Part shown: positions 39,038-51,719 of the stretch, in pieces
Position numbering within the stretch: the first letter of the stretch is position 1
How the letters are laid out: every line of letters begins with the position of its first letter
Origin: Felis catus
Taxonomy: Eukaryota
Assembly (NCBI RefSeq): GCF_018350175.1
Contig: NC_058368.1
Location: forward strand, 35,280,001-35,344,000
Direction of reading: 5' to 3'
DNA length: 64,000 nucleotides
The notes under the pieces: model-generated
Seen by the model: the letters and a program-made list of their open reading frames with translations, nothing else
What the model was told of the DNA's origin: nothing
Database searches by the model: none
Translations under genes and position numbers: made by a program

Positions 39038-39095
39038 ATTTAAGAGAACTTCAGTTTCACCTTATTTAAGAGAACTTCAGTTTCACCTTATTTAA
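39038..39095. repeat. Perfect 26-bp tandem duplication
   Basis: ATTTAAGAGAACTTCAGTTTCACCTT twice, plus ATTTAA. Confidence 0.95.
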
Positions 39096-39519
39096 AAGTT
39101 TTATCTCCTAGGTTTATTTTTAAGTATGGGGAAGGGATTTTTTTTATTGTTTTTTCTTTATTTCAGCTTTATTGAGATACTTCATGTCCTACTGACACAT
39201 AGGAATTATATTTATTTAAGGTATACAACCTGATGTGTTTATTTTTAAGTACTCAAAGATTTCATGTGTTAGTGTGACAACAAATGTATTTTTAAAAACT
39301 CATATTAAATGTAAATATTCAGTTTAAAATGTTGAAAAGTGATTAACTAAATGTTTAAATACTACTAAATATTAAAAGGCACCTTAAAAGTGATTGCTAA
39401 AATTTTATAGACATATCAATAGAATAGTTATTCACACAAGCTGCATTTACATACTTAAAGATGAGGGATGTTTTTTCAATTTATAATTTTGGTAAACTGA
39501 ACGCTATTTTTGAAAAACA

Positions 39520-40400
39520 AAGTAACACCTATTAAAAAGCCAAAATTAAAAAAAAATTATGGCAATACCAAATTCTGGAGATGATACAGACAAACTCACT
39601 CTTTCATTCACTGTTGTTGGGAAGATAAAATGATATAACCACTCTGGAGAATAGTTGGGCAGCTTCTTACAAAAATAAATATGTACTTAACACACGACAC
39701 AGCAATTCCACCCTTGGGCACTTATTCAAGAGAAATGAAACTTATGTTCACCTAAAAACATATATAAATGTTCATGGCAAATTTATCTGTAGTAGCCAAA
39801 AACTGGAAACAATCTAAGTCTCTTCAACAGTTAAATGTTTAAATACATCGTAATTCATCCTTACCATGGAATACTACTCAACACTCAAAAAAGGGATGAA
39901 CTATTGAAAGATGCGACAATCTGGATGAATCTGAAAGGAATAATGCTGACTAAAAAGAAAAAAAAATTCTAAAAGATTAAATACAGTAAGGTTTAATTCA
40001 TACAACATTATGGAAATGACAAAATTATAGACATAGAGAACAGATTAGTGGTTGCCAAGAACTAGGGACTGGCAGCATGAATGGTAAGAGGGGGTAGGTC
40101 TGTAAAAGGCAGCGTGAAGAATCCTCATGGGGGGGAACTGTCTCTTGAAGTGGTGGTCGTTAAACAAATCTATGCATGACATAAAACTGCATAGAACTAA
40201 CTACACATGCTGCAGATGAGTGCATGTCAAACTGGTGAACTAAGACCAATGGATTGTACCAATGTCGATATCCCGGTTGTCTTAGCTCTAGATTTGCAAG
40301 ATGTTAACATTAAGAGAAACCAGGTGAAGTGTACCCACAATCTCTGTATTATTTCTTACAACTGTACATGAATTTACATTTTTTTAAAAAATTAGAAAAT
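39520..40400 (+). mobile_element. Ancient L1 3' end (L1MC/L1MD-like)
   Basis: ORF2 end, then GAACAGATTAGTGGTTGCCA...TCTCTGTATTATTTCTTACAACTG 3'UTR. Confidence 0.85.
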
Positions 40401-40639
40401 CTAATCATAAAAAGAAAAGTAAAACTCTGAATAGTCCCTTCTGTGCATACACACACAAAATCCCTCTAGGGCATAAAAGAAAACTTTTACAGTAGCATAA
40501 AGATGTACAGAAATTGTTTAGAATAATGAATGAATATATAGTACGCATTTAATAAATTGTACCTGATGCAACGGTTGTCACTATTATTGCAACTTCTACA
40601 AATAGTACTAATTTAATATTTTGAACTGGCATTTGCTCA

Positions 40640-41000
40640 TATGCCTGATGCTCTTTCTTCAAGTATCTTCAGAGCTAACTTCCTCACCTGAATTAGATAT
40701 GAGAATGTTGCCACAGAAAACATCACTTCTTTGACCAACCTATCTTAAATAACCCTGCTCTGTTTTTCCACCCTTTATTGCTCCCCATTCCATTCCTTTC
40801 TTGGATTTATTTTTCTTCTTAGCACATGTGGCCAAATGAAATACTGCATATTTATGTGTTTGCTTGTTTATTCTCAATCCCTGTTGCACTCAGAAAGCAA
40901 GCTCTGTGAGAATAGGGCTTCATCTGCTTGTGTTCACTGCTGCAGCCTATTCTTATAAAGTGCCTGATAGGATGGAGGTTCAGGAACTATTTAGTAAGTA
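40640..41000 (+). mobile_element. LINE-2 3' end
   Basis: AAGCTCTGTGAGAATAGGG...TGTTCACTGCTG...AAAGTGCCTG. Confidence 0.75.
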
Positions 41001-42249
41001 AACACTGCAGTAAACTGGTGAGTAAATATTTATATTAGATGTAAATAATAATGTAAAAATTAATTTAACTCTATTTTTAAGAAATAGCTACTGATGTGGG
41101 AGAATGCTCAAGAAGATGTCTTAGAAATCTATTTCCAAAAATTTTTATTAAAACTATTTTTAAAAAGGATTTTCTATGTTTCTCAATGACAAAAAAAGGA
41201 GAAAAAAAAAGATCAAGGAAATGTGTTCTCTTAGGGTTTGCCACCAATCGCCTTATGCCTTATTCATGAGTGAGGATCCCTTTTGGAAACTGTTCTCTTA
41301 ATTTCACTTTGCTCCTTCAAATTAACCGGTTCTTGGAGTTCCACCACTTAGGGTGGAAGCTCAGTTGCCTCAGACTAAATTTGCATTTTGCCTTCAGGTT
41401 CCATAGAAAGTCTCCTACTTGAAGTTTCTTTTTGGCTCTTTATGCAGGAACTTTGGAATTCATCAAGCTGCTTAAGTGTAAGTCCCCCCGCCCCCCATCT
41501 TTTCCTCTCAGGACATCTACTAGTCTCTATGCTCCCTAGAAATAAGAAATTGCATTTTTAAAATATCTATGGTGCACCACAACTGTTTTATAAGTGATAC
41601 ATACTAACTTTCCATCTGCTTCGGTTGTTAAAAAACATCTTTTCCACACTGTGGAGTGGTTTACTTTAAATTTCCCAATAAACCCATGTGGCTCATTCTT
41701 CATTTAAGGGTGAGTAAGTAGAGGAAAAAATTGCATAGGACCTTTTGGAGGAATTCAAGTACCTAGTATTAAGTATCCTGAAAAGTTATATATGTTTTAG
41801 GATATGAGAGGATCTAATAGCTGGTTACCAGAAAGCAAAATGGCAGTAAAAAAAAAAAACTCCCACCCCAAATTATGCAGGATTTACAAAGAGGTACAGG
41901 AAACCTATTCATAACTCCTGGAGACCTTAGGCCTTTAACAAGCAGTCAGAGAGAGATTTGAGGAGACTGGTGAGAAATACTGTAAAATATAAGGCATCCC
42001 AAGATAACACAGACTTGATTCTGCTTACAATTGAACCCATCCTCTATCTGGCTCTCTATTCTCAAAATGCCCAGAATGTGATATGAGGTTTGGTAGTCCA
42101 AGAATGATTCTTGATAATTCACAATAATATAGGGTAAGCTTTACAGTGTAACCTTTATTACCTTTATATCCAGACCAAAAATTATTGTTTTCATTCAACT
42201 CATAACAATACAACCTCATTCGTGTTCAAACCTGCATTTGAATTCTGGG

Positions 42250-43250
42250 ACCAAACTTTTGTGTTATTGGAGGAATTTTGCTATGTACCTCTGGAGGCAG
42301 CTCTTGCCCTCCTCAGAGTCTTCTGCTGACCTGGAGCCTAGTCGGAAGGGAGGGATGGTGTGAGAAAACCAGGATGATCTTCAATAGGACTAATCAAAGT
42401 GTTTGTAAGTGTGTTCCAACAGTTGGCAGCCTGACTCATGCATGCAGCAGACTATGTACATGTCTGGCTAACTGATGTCTGACCCTTATTCAGGTGATAC
42501 AGAGGGCTGGCTTAACTCATCATTGGCTGGCAGAGTGTTGGTATTGGCCTGTCTCTGAATTCATCAGAGCAGGAGAAACTGAGCCTTTCCCCAGAGACCA
42601 GATGTGGGCCATAGAGGAGAAAAGACTGGCATGGGCTCATTCTGGGTCCTAATATTGCTGCCTGAAGCCCAACAAAAACTTCTATGCAGCAATAGCAAAG
42701 GTGGATATCATGTGGCCTAGAAAGATAACACAAGCCACCACAGTACTGTAGGAGAGGAAACAACAGCCTCTGAACTGAAGTGCTCATTAAACAAACTGCA
42801 AGAAAAGACAGACAACATAGATGATCTGCCAAGGCCAATACTCTAAGTAACACAACCAAGCAATATTGTCCTATTCTCTTAATATCTTTCCCACCTCAAC
42901 TCAGAGTAAAGAACAGTGAGAGAGTAAGAGGTGGAGGGCCCCACTTTCCCCATTACAGGTCTCTAACCAAAGCATGTCCAAGTAAGGAAGGGAAGTGTAA
43001 GCTAAAAAGTTATGAGTTCCAATTATTATACAGGATTTCACATTCCAATTATGTAACTGGTAGACTATTTGTGAGAGTTTCTTCAGGACTGTGTCCTATC
43101 TAAGAATCTGCCCTATAATCTCAGGCTTGCTGGAGTTTTCTTTCAAGGAAAGGAGAAGATTATCCTGACTGGATATGGGAGACAAGAAAATAAAATTGCA
43201 TGTTGACCAAAATCCATGCATCATGCTTACTTAACTTGCAAGCCACACAT
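42250..43250 (+). mobile_element. Ancient LTR (LTR85/MamGypLTR-like)
   Basis: Composition and 3' end (AATAAAATTGCATG...CATGCTTACTTAAC...ACA) resemble mammalian Gypsy-type LTRs; recall only. Confidence 0.4.
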
Positions 43251-43284
43251 GCATTATCTCATTTGCTACTCACAGCATGTTTAT

Positions 43285-43678
43285 AAGTTAAGCATGCAGT
43301 TTGTGCAGGATCACATGCTCAGAAGGGGACCAGTCTTGATTTAATGGATTTAATGCTCTGCTCTTGTTGTCTTGAAATTCCTAATAATTTTAAAGCAGGG
43401 GCGGGGGAAGGGGGTGCTGGGTGGCTCAGTCAGGTAAGCATCTGACTTCAGCTCAGGTCATGATCTTGTGGTTTGTGAGTTCCAGTGCCACATCAGGCTC
43501 TCTGTCAGAGTGGAGTCTACTTCGGATCCTCTGTCTCCCGCTCTGCACCGCCCCTGCTCACCCATGCATGCTTTGTCTCTCTCAAAAATAAACATTAAAA
43601 AATTTTAAAAATAAATAAAACAAGGGTCATCCCATTTTCACTTTTGCACCAGTCCTTACAAATTACGTAAGTTGATCA
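43285..43678 (+). mobile_element. MER91A-like hAT-Tip100 DNA transposon split by a SINE
   Basis: GCTCAGAAGGGG...TTTAATGCTCTGCT...TCTTGAAATTCCTAATAATTTT [SINE] CAAGGG...CATTTTCACTTTTGCAC...ACAAATTACGTA. Confidence 0.8.
43411..43618 (+). mobile_element. Can-SINE
   Basis: GGGGTGCTGGGTGGCTCAG head and A-rich tail, inside the MER91A-like element. Confidence 0.92.
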
Positions 43679-43830
43679 TGCAAAGGGCTTTTGGGGCACC
43701 GGCTGTGTTCAATTTCTTGACCTAGATTGGAATTGCATGAGTGTTAACTTTATAAACATTTTGTTATATTGTATATATATCTTATGCAACTTTCTGCATG
43801 TATTCTATCTTGTATAATTTAAAATAATAA

Positions 43831-44095
43831 GGGGCGCCTGGGTGGCGCAGTCGGTTAAGCGTCCGACTTCAGCCAGGTCACGATCTCGCGGTCCGTGAGT
43901 TCGAGCCCCGCATCAGGCTCTGGGCTGATGGCTCAGAACCTGGAACCTGTTTCCGATTCTGTGTCTCCCTCTCTCTCTGCCCCTCCCCCGTTCATGCTCT
44001 GTCTCTCTCTGTCCCAAAAATAAATAAACGTTGAAAAAAAATAAATAAATAAAATAAAATAAAATAAAATAATAAAATAAAATAATAAAAATAAA
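43831..44095 (+). mobile_element. Young SINEC_Fc with (TAAAA)n tail
   Basis: CpG-rich GGGGCGCCTGGGTGGCGCAGTCGGTTAAGCG...; long patterned tail. Confidence 0.97.
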
Positions 44096-44223
44096 TACTT
44101 CACCAGAAATAGGATTACTCAATGAAATGGGAAAAAATTTTTTTTTAATTTCTGACATAGTCTCAATGCAATGCAAAATCATGCTTTTATCAAATAGACA
44201 AAAATAAGAAAAGAGTAAATGTA

Positions 44224-44421
44224 GGGGCGCCTGAGCGTCTGACTTCAGCTCAGGTCATGATCTCGCAGTCTGTGAGTTCCAGCCCTGCGTCAGGCTCTGT
44301 GCTGACAGCTCAGAGCCTGGAGCCTGCTTTGGATTCTGTGTCTCCCTCTCTCTCTGACCCTCCCCCACTCATGCTGTCTCTCTGTCTCTCTCTCTGTCAA
44401 AATAAACATTAAAAAAAACTT
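44224..44421 (+). mobile_element. Can-SINE lacking the A-box
   Basis: GGGGCGCCTG joined directly to AGCGTCTGAC; perfect 17-bp TSD AGAAAAGAGTAAATGTA at 44207-44223 and 44422-44438. Confidence 0.95.
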
Positions 44422-44459
44422 AGAAAAGAGTAAATGTAGTTTTTTACTTTAAGAATTGA

Positions 44460-47080
44460 AATGAAATTTCTACCCAAAGTACTAAATAGCAGACTTGACA
44501 CAGCAGAAAAATAAGTTTTTAAGGAAAAAAGGGTAAGCCTCAGATGTAATCACACAATTCAGAAGAAAGACCTATCAAAGTAACAAAAAGATAATAGATA
44601 TGGAGAGTTAAATGACATATATTCAACCTAAAAATAGTGGTCATCTCCAAAGGAGAAAAAGGATGGATCAAAAGCTAATTCTAATAAAAAGGATTTTCCC
44701 AGAGTAGAAAAAGATACTAAAAAGTATCACTGTATTCATGGCAATTTAATAAGCAATGTGTTTCCTGGTAATTTTACTATTTAAATTACAAGAAAATAGA
44801 ATTGATCCTGAAACTTTCAAAACTAAAAAACAGTAATCCTCTAAAAATTCATCTATTAAAAAGGGAGTTCTACTTTTGTTCTTTTCTCTGCAGAAAACAA
44901 TAGAGAAATGTCTTTGAGTTTTGGCAGTGCAGATAGAAGTGATAACACAAAACACATGGTAACCAGTCAAGCTGGCATTCATGGTTGAGAGCAGAATGGC
45001 AACCTCAGAGCTTCAATGTTTCAGAAAATACACTCAAATGTCTATGCAAAAAAATGAAAGATGTTCATTAGTTGACTGGAATATAAAAAATTCGAATTTC
45101 TATCATTTAGAAGTCATAGAATAGAAAAGAACTAGCAATAAACACTGAAACTAGCAAAAGAAAAACTTCAGAAATCATTAAACATTATTAAGAGAAAGGT
45201 TGATATTGTAAGTCTAAATAATTGGTGTAACTATGGCAACAAACAGAGAATACAAATAACAAAATATGCTTTAACAGAAGAACACTTTTTTTTCTTGAAT
45301 AACAGGGCTTCTGAACCCAGAGTAAATTAATGAAAAGTACATAAGGTAGAGAGGAAAAGAGCAGCAGTACTAATCTTCTTACTTTTCCATAAAATGAAGT
45401 TAAGTTGGATTTTTTTTTTGTTTTCATGAGAGGATCACAAATACAACTTTAAGAAATCTATGAAAATTGTTTAATTTGCCACTTATAAAGTTCATATCAT
45501 ATTCTCTATTTTCCAAATTATTGTGGAAGATAAAAACATACAGAGTATTTCCTATACAATAGAACACAAAATAGGAAAAGAAACAGCTTGGCTAAAAGAG
45601 GCATAAAATTAACACAAGTCAGATGCAGAAAAACAATTAGAATCAATTACATAAAGTTAAATTCAAAATTAATCATATGGTTCAAACAAAAGTACCCCCA
45701 AGCCTCAGAATAGTCCTAAATGACTATTATTTTGGAGTACAAAATAAAGAACTTTATGGAAAATTTTTAAAAAGTAAAAGTAAAAACTATTATGATACAG
45801 CCCAATCTTCTTGATGAACATGGATGCTAAAATTGTAATTGAAGTAATAAGGAACAGAGGAGAGTCAAATCTACACAGGCCTAATTTATTTTCTCTCCCT
45901 TTTGATAATTTAGCAGAGAACTGGCTCAAATCTGAAATGCCTCAAGAGAAGAACAGGCAAATACCAGCCACTACGTTCTAGGAGTCCCCTTTTCTATAAA
46001 AGCCCTTTCCAGGCCAAGGAACTTACATTTCTTACATACTCACATAGATATACCCTGGCTCTCCACATGAATACATAGAGCAAGACCAGGAAGGGGCTTC
46101 CCTCTACTGGCAAATGAGCCACCATATACCATAAGTCTTCTATGCTTCCCTAAATTGTGGACCAGTGAGATTTTGGGTAACCTGTCTGTGCTATGCTCTT
46201 CTCTGCCAGTAAATTTAAGCCCTGTGTTAAATCTGCTTTGCCAGTGATGTTGTCCATGATCACTTTGCACAACAAGAATAGAAGTCAACAATTTATTATG
46301 CCAAAGTACATTCGTCACACGAATGAAAAGTTGTTAAGTTTATAAAACTGATTAACATCATATGTGACATAAAAAGGATAAGAAAAATTTGTATTATTTA
46401 ATCTGGGATGGCAAAAAAAAGTTTGATAAAATATCATGCCCACTTATATTTTAAAACCCTTTAACAAGGACAGGAAGGATGGGGTTCAGTGTTTATTTAA
46501 AAACAACATCTAACATCATACAGAATGGGGAAAGTGTTAAAGTCTTTTTCACAAGCAGTAGCAAAGGAAATAAGATCCGTACTCATTCAAAACCAGTGAT
46601 ATTTAAGAAGCTCTTATCAATTTCACAATTTATGAACCAAAAGTAAGCAAAACTATAATAGGAAAAAGAGCAGAATATATCTTTGCTAGATGCAGATGAT
46701 GTGATGCAGAAGCCCTAGAAATGTAATTAATTGAAAAATAAAATTCATAAGGGAATTCAGCAAAGAGAAATACTAAAAGAGAGATATGGAAAACATCAAT
46801 TCCAGCTCCATATATCAAATTCAAGAATTCGTATTAGAAACAGCAACAAAAAAATTAAGTAGGAATTATCCCAATGAAAAAAGTGAGTAACTACAAGAAT
46901 AAAACTGTAAAAAACTATTTTACATTTGAATCTAAGAAAAAAAGCATATCCATTATTCTTTTATGTTTATCAATAGTGTTAGTGTCAAGATTTTAAATCT
47001 TGTCAAATTAATCCAAAGGTTTAATGTGATCAGATTAAAATTGTTATGGGATCCATTTTGAATACTGGGGAAATAATTTA
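44460..47080 (+). mobile_element. Highly decayed ancient L1/HAL1-like fragments
   Basis: ORF1-like NSRLDTAE near 44485; ORF2-like remnants at about 46320-47080; interrupted by an LTR-like block. Confidence 0.5.
45840..46274 (+). mobile_element. Probable old solo LTR
   Basis: More GC-rich block with CTATAAAAG, AGTAAA and terminal ...CACAACA inside A-rich L1 debris. Confidence 0.4.
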
Positions 47081-47234
47081 AACCAGATCAGAGACCATGT
47101 TTGTTCTTTGGCAGGGGAGGGAGAAGGATTTAACTGTTTCCTGCTTCTCCTCCATAGATTGCTAACTTGAGACTTAAACCCCTCTTGCTGCTGGTTTTCC
47201 CTTGCCTTCTGAAGTGGTCCTCTTAGGCAGGATA

Positions 47235-47570
47235 TTTTTTTTTTTTTTAACAGACTTTAATTTTTTTTAGAGCAGTTTTAGACTCCCAGCAAAATTGAGA
47301 GGACAGATAAAGAAATTTCCCATATTCCCCTGCCACATACCTACATAACTTCCCCTAATATGACCTTATCCCACCGGAGTGGGTACCTTTGTTACAACTG
47401 ATGCACCTACACTGACGTACTGTCAGAGTTCACAGTTTAGAGTTCACTCGTGGTGGTACACATTCTAAAAGTTTGGACAAATGTATAATGACATGTATCC
47501 ATCATTATAGTATCACACAGAGTAGTTTCACTGCCCTAAAAATATTCTGAGCTCCACCTATTCTCCCTAA
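47235..47570 (-). mobile_element. L1MC-like 3' end
   Basis: TTAGAGCAGTTTTAG...CAGCAAAATTGAG...TTTGTTACAACTGATG...TTTGGACAAATGTATAATGACATGTATCCA. Confidence 0.85.
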
Positions 47571-47685
47571 TCTCTGATTAGACAGAATTTTAATCCACCC
47601 TTCCTCTCCTGTGGCCTCATTTGGTCCATGGGAAATGTACACTCACCCTCTGCCCCACAGAGATTGCAGTAGCTCAAAGCGGCAC

Positions 47686-47689
<4 letters not shown>

Positions 47690-47731
<42 letters not shown>
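47690..47731. repeat. (CT)n microsatellite
   Basis: Directly visible. Confidence 0.95.
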
Positions 47732-47736
<5 letters not shown>

Positions 47737-48179
47737 AGGCTTGCGACAGGAATGGAGGGAAGCCACCTAGAGCACCCTGAGCTGCCAGGAGCCTGCCTGT
47801 TTGGCTTGGGAAACAGGAGGCAGCAGCACCCCTCTGCAGCCTACAAGGCTCACATGCACCTTCTCACTCCAGAGAGGTCTCTCCAGTCATTTTCTCTCTG
47901 TGTTTTTCTTCACTCTTTCACATTCTTGAAATGGTCAGGGGGTGCAAGAGCTGTTGATAAGATTCTTGGACTACCACTTCAAAGATTTCTCTTGTGTCTT
48001 CTCAGATGCTTCAATTTTAACAAGCTGTGGCAAAACCATAAAGAGCACAGAGAAGCTGGACGGTCCTAAATGATCACTGTTGTTTTCAACTTATTGTAGT
48101 AATTAAAAAATGAATTTATAAATAGCAAAAGGAAGAAAGGATAACTCAGGAATCAAATAATCAGGAATCAAAACTTCCA

Positions 48180-48340
48180 GATGCCTCTTGAACCCCTGTT
48201 ACTACCATGCCTTGGTCAGTGTCCTTAAACTCCTTGAGCTTTTCTTCATCTGAAATTGGAATAATAAATAATAGCTGTTCTACTTCTTCTGTTATTATAA
48301 TAAACAGATAATTTCTTTGCTACAAATACTATATCAACAT
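48180..48340 (+). mobile_element. MIR fragment
   Basis: CCTTGGTCAGTGTCCTTAAACTCCTTGAGCTTTTCTTCATCTGAAATTGGAATAATAA core. Confidence 0.65.
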
Positions 48341-49402
48341 AAACTAGCCTTATAACAATTAATTATTCCATACATAGAAATATTCCAACATATTCTTTTC
48401 TTCTGAATAGTGTGAATTGCTTTGCTCATCTAAGTAGTGGAATGATCAGTAATAAAATAATCAGACGTGAACACTGAAGCCAAAATTTGCTGTTACAACT
48501 TATTCATTGAGGCTGATCAGAATATCCACCAAGCATTAAAAAAAAAAAAATACCTGTTAACATTTGAAAAAAAATGACAGCTTGTAAGTTTTTTTTTTAA
48601 TTGAAATTAGCAGAAATGAGATGTAAAGCATCTGGAAACAAAAGCACATCAAACTTTTCTTTTAATGTGAGTACAAAAGACATTGCTGGGATTAGACACA
48701 CACACACAAAAAAACTAGTGAAATGAGTTTAATGCTGAAAGAAGCTTTTTGTTGAAGATTATTGCTTTTATTCAGATTCAGATAAAATTGTTTATTTTAG
48801 TCAGACAATTTCTTCCTTAAGAGTAATTTCCCTGTAAAGTAATTTTTATCAGTGGCAAATTTATATCTAATGTTAAGACAGAATGATAATAGAAGCACTT
48901 CATTCTAGGTTTTCCTGGGGTGGGTCCCTCATGCCAGGAATCCTTGAATACCCAATACAGTTCTGGGGAAGCCTAGAGCAGGACTGGAAAAGCCTGACTC
49001 CTGCTGGTGGCACCTTCATTTCTTTTCTTTTCCATTAGAGCCCCTTCTCCCCTTATGTCCCTCCATCAAGTCCCTAATAAATCTCCCCTCTAGGTATGGA
49101 TATGATAATTCTTCCCTAAAGAAGAACCTCCATTCTAAGGGATCCTCAGTGCACTGCTTTGGGGAAGAAGGACCTCTGCTGCTTTAGTCAAATGCCACTC
49201 CCTTTGCTCTCCTCCCCCCTGCCCACACACAGTTCACTCCATTCAGCAAATGGATTTTGCCTGTTTCACAGCATCTAGTCACACAGCACCACCCCTGACC
49301 TTCTTGTGTGGAATCTTGCTTTCACAACTGAAATAGAAGTAAAGGCAGCATAAAAAAAACAAGGCAGCATTTTTAGTTCAATAGACTTAAGGCAAATATT
49401 TA

Positions 49403-49617
49403 TTTACTTACTTATTTATTTTAAAGTTTATTTATTTTGAGAGAGTGTGAGCAGGGGAGGGGCAGAGAGAGAGGGAGAGAGAGAGAATCCCAAGCAGGTT
49501 CTGTGCTGTCAGCAGTGTGGAGCCCAACTTGGGACTCGAATGCACAAAGTCCAAGATCATAACCGGAGGAGAAATTAAGAGTTGAATGTTCAACCGACTG
49601 AGCCACCCAGGCGCCCC
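49403..49617 (-). mobile_element. Can-SINE
   Basis: Reverse Can-SINE; TSD TAAGGCAAATA(T/C)TTA. Confidence 0.94.
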
Positions 49618-49772
49618 TAAGGCAAATACTTAAAGTCAATAATGATATGCCCCAGAAAGAGTCTTTCTTTACACATTTCTTAATAATGAAGATTTTATAT
49701 GAAATTATATATAGATAGGTACATACTTATACACATAAATATATGTGGTGTGTGTATATATGTATATGTATG

Positions 49773-49803
<31 letters not shown>

Positions 49804-50269
49804 TAACTTTTTTGAGTTGTTAAATGTAAATTAACTATAGTATTAATGATAGTTCAACAGAATGTGAAAATGTTAAGTGGTTTTCACAGAATTATACAAT
49901 TTTAATGTTGAAAAATCCCTCAAAGTTACCCTGGTATGTTCTATATAAGAACCCTGACTGATGAGGTGACCTGTCCAAAGGAGTTTGCAAAATCAGAATA
50001 AGAGTTGAAATCCACTAGTATGTGTTGTTTGTTTTACACAAAACCACACACCTCTCAGTTCTTGTTATAAACCTAACTGAGAAATAGTTTTTGAAATTAC
50101 CAACCTGAGACCTAACCAGGGCCAGTGTAACTCCATTAAGGATCAAAAGAAACAAGAAAATAGAGAATCTGCCAGTGTCCCTGTCTTCCTACTGATCTTG
50201 TATTTCCCATACCCTAACTAATGAGAGCAACTTTGGTCTCTTCATCCTCTGAGGATTCATCACTCAGAT

Positions 50270-50482
50270 ATTATCTTTATGTTTATTTATTTTGAGAGAG
50301 AGAGAGAGAGTGAGCATGTATGAGCATGGTAGGGGCAAAGAGAGAGGGAGGGAAAGAATCCTGAACAGGCTCCATGCTATCAGCACAGAGCCTGATGCAG
50401 GCTGAGAGATGATCTGAGAGATCATGCCCTGAGCCAAAATCATGAGTCTAAGGCTTAACCCACTGAGCCCCCCGGGCGCCAC
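50270..50482 (-). mobile_element. Can-SINE
   Basis: Reverse Can-SINE; 13-bp TSD TCATCACTCAGAT at 50257-50269 and 50483-50495. Confidence 0.93.
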
Positions 50483-51429
50483 TCATCACTCAGATTTTGT
50501 CATGAACTAATGCATCTCACATTCTCCTCGAGTTATAGCGCTGTTCCCGCCGCAGTACTCAACCAATTGCTGGGTATGCTTCGCTGCTTCACTCTCTGCC
50601 TCTTACCTACTGTATGTATCCCTGAATTGTGCTGAAGCATGCAAGCTTTGACCCCTGTGTTTTGGAATCACCCAAACAAGGTTTTCCAGTTACTCCACAG
50701 AAAGACAAACCTCAGCTTGCCAGGGGTCACCCCACTGCCATTCCTGTATATCGGCAGCTTCTTAGAGTGCTTGGGTCACTTGCTGCCTAAACTGTGTGCC
50801 ACCTTGCTGCCCACACACTGCCACTCTACCCAAGGACTGAGATCACACCCAGTACTTCAGGCTAGAGATACTCACTAATCAGAAAACTCTGGGTCAAGAG
50901 AGAGATTAATCATCAGACCCGAAGGAGAAGCACAAGTCTCCCAGGGTGATCTGACCTTCCTTCCCAATATGGAAGACATCACCCAATATGGAAGACGGAT
51001 CCAATGAAGGGTCATGCCTCTGAGACAACTGTAAATTCATCAACTCAGGATTCTAGTGTTCTCTACCACCACCTCCCCCTCCACACACACTCTTCTCCTT
51101 CCCCACCCACTTTGCGTTTAGCCCTGGTGTCCAAGCAACAGTTTAAAGGATAAACATTTACAAATCCCTTTGCTTAACTAAGTTTTTCATGGGATGATAA
51201 TATAAAATTGTCATTCAGAAATAATAAACAGTCATTTTAAGAAATGTTTTTCTATTTATATGTCAGATATGTTTTGATATCTCTTTTCATTATTTACTTA
51301 TGTATTCAGAAGTTTTGTACAAATGTATGAAATCATATATTGGGAAAAGTAAGAGCAATAAAACATAAAGCTATAACTGCATTTAATTTGTTACTTTGAG
51401 AAATAATTTGAGAAATAATGAAATCCAAT

Positions 51430-51655
51430 CATAGGTACTGGAATCAAACTGCCTGAGTTCACATTCCATTTCTACTGTTTGCTTGCACTGTGACTTGGAC
51501 AGTCTACAGAACTTATCTGAACCTTGCTGTTCTCATGTATAAAGCAGAGATAATAGTACCCACTGCATGGACTTAGGTCTTTAAATAAGTTGGTATATGA
51601 AAAATGTCTAGCATACCACCTGGTACACATGAGCACTTAATAAATGTCTCCTATG
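51430..51655 (+). mobile_element. MIR
   Basis: CTGGAATCAAACTGCCTGAGTTC...GATAATAGTACC...CCTGGTACACATGAGCACTTAATAAATG. Confidence 0.8.
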
Positions 51656-51719
51656 TTTCTAAAAGAAGATAATGGAGGAGAATGTATTTCAATTATAAAG
51701 AACAGACTGTAAGGAAACA

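Noticed and set aside
43831..43910. tRNA-like A/B boxes
   Set aside because: These are SINE heads, not tRNA genes; no cloverleaf, and each is followed by a CT tract and A tail.
47611..48069. 152-aa ORF and the acceptor after (CT)n
   Set aside because: Non-ATG start, low-complexity SL run from the microsatellite, no recognisable homology or matching donor.
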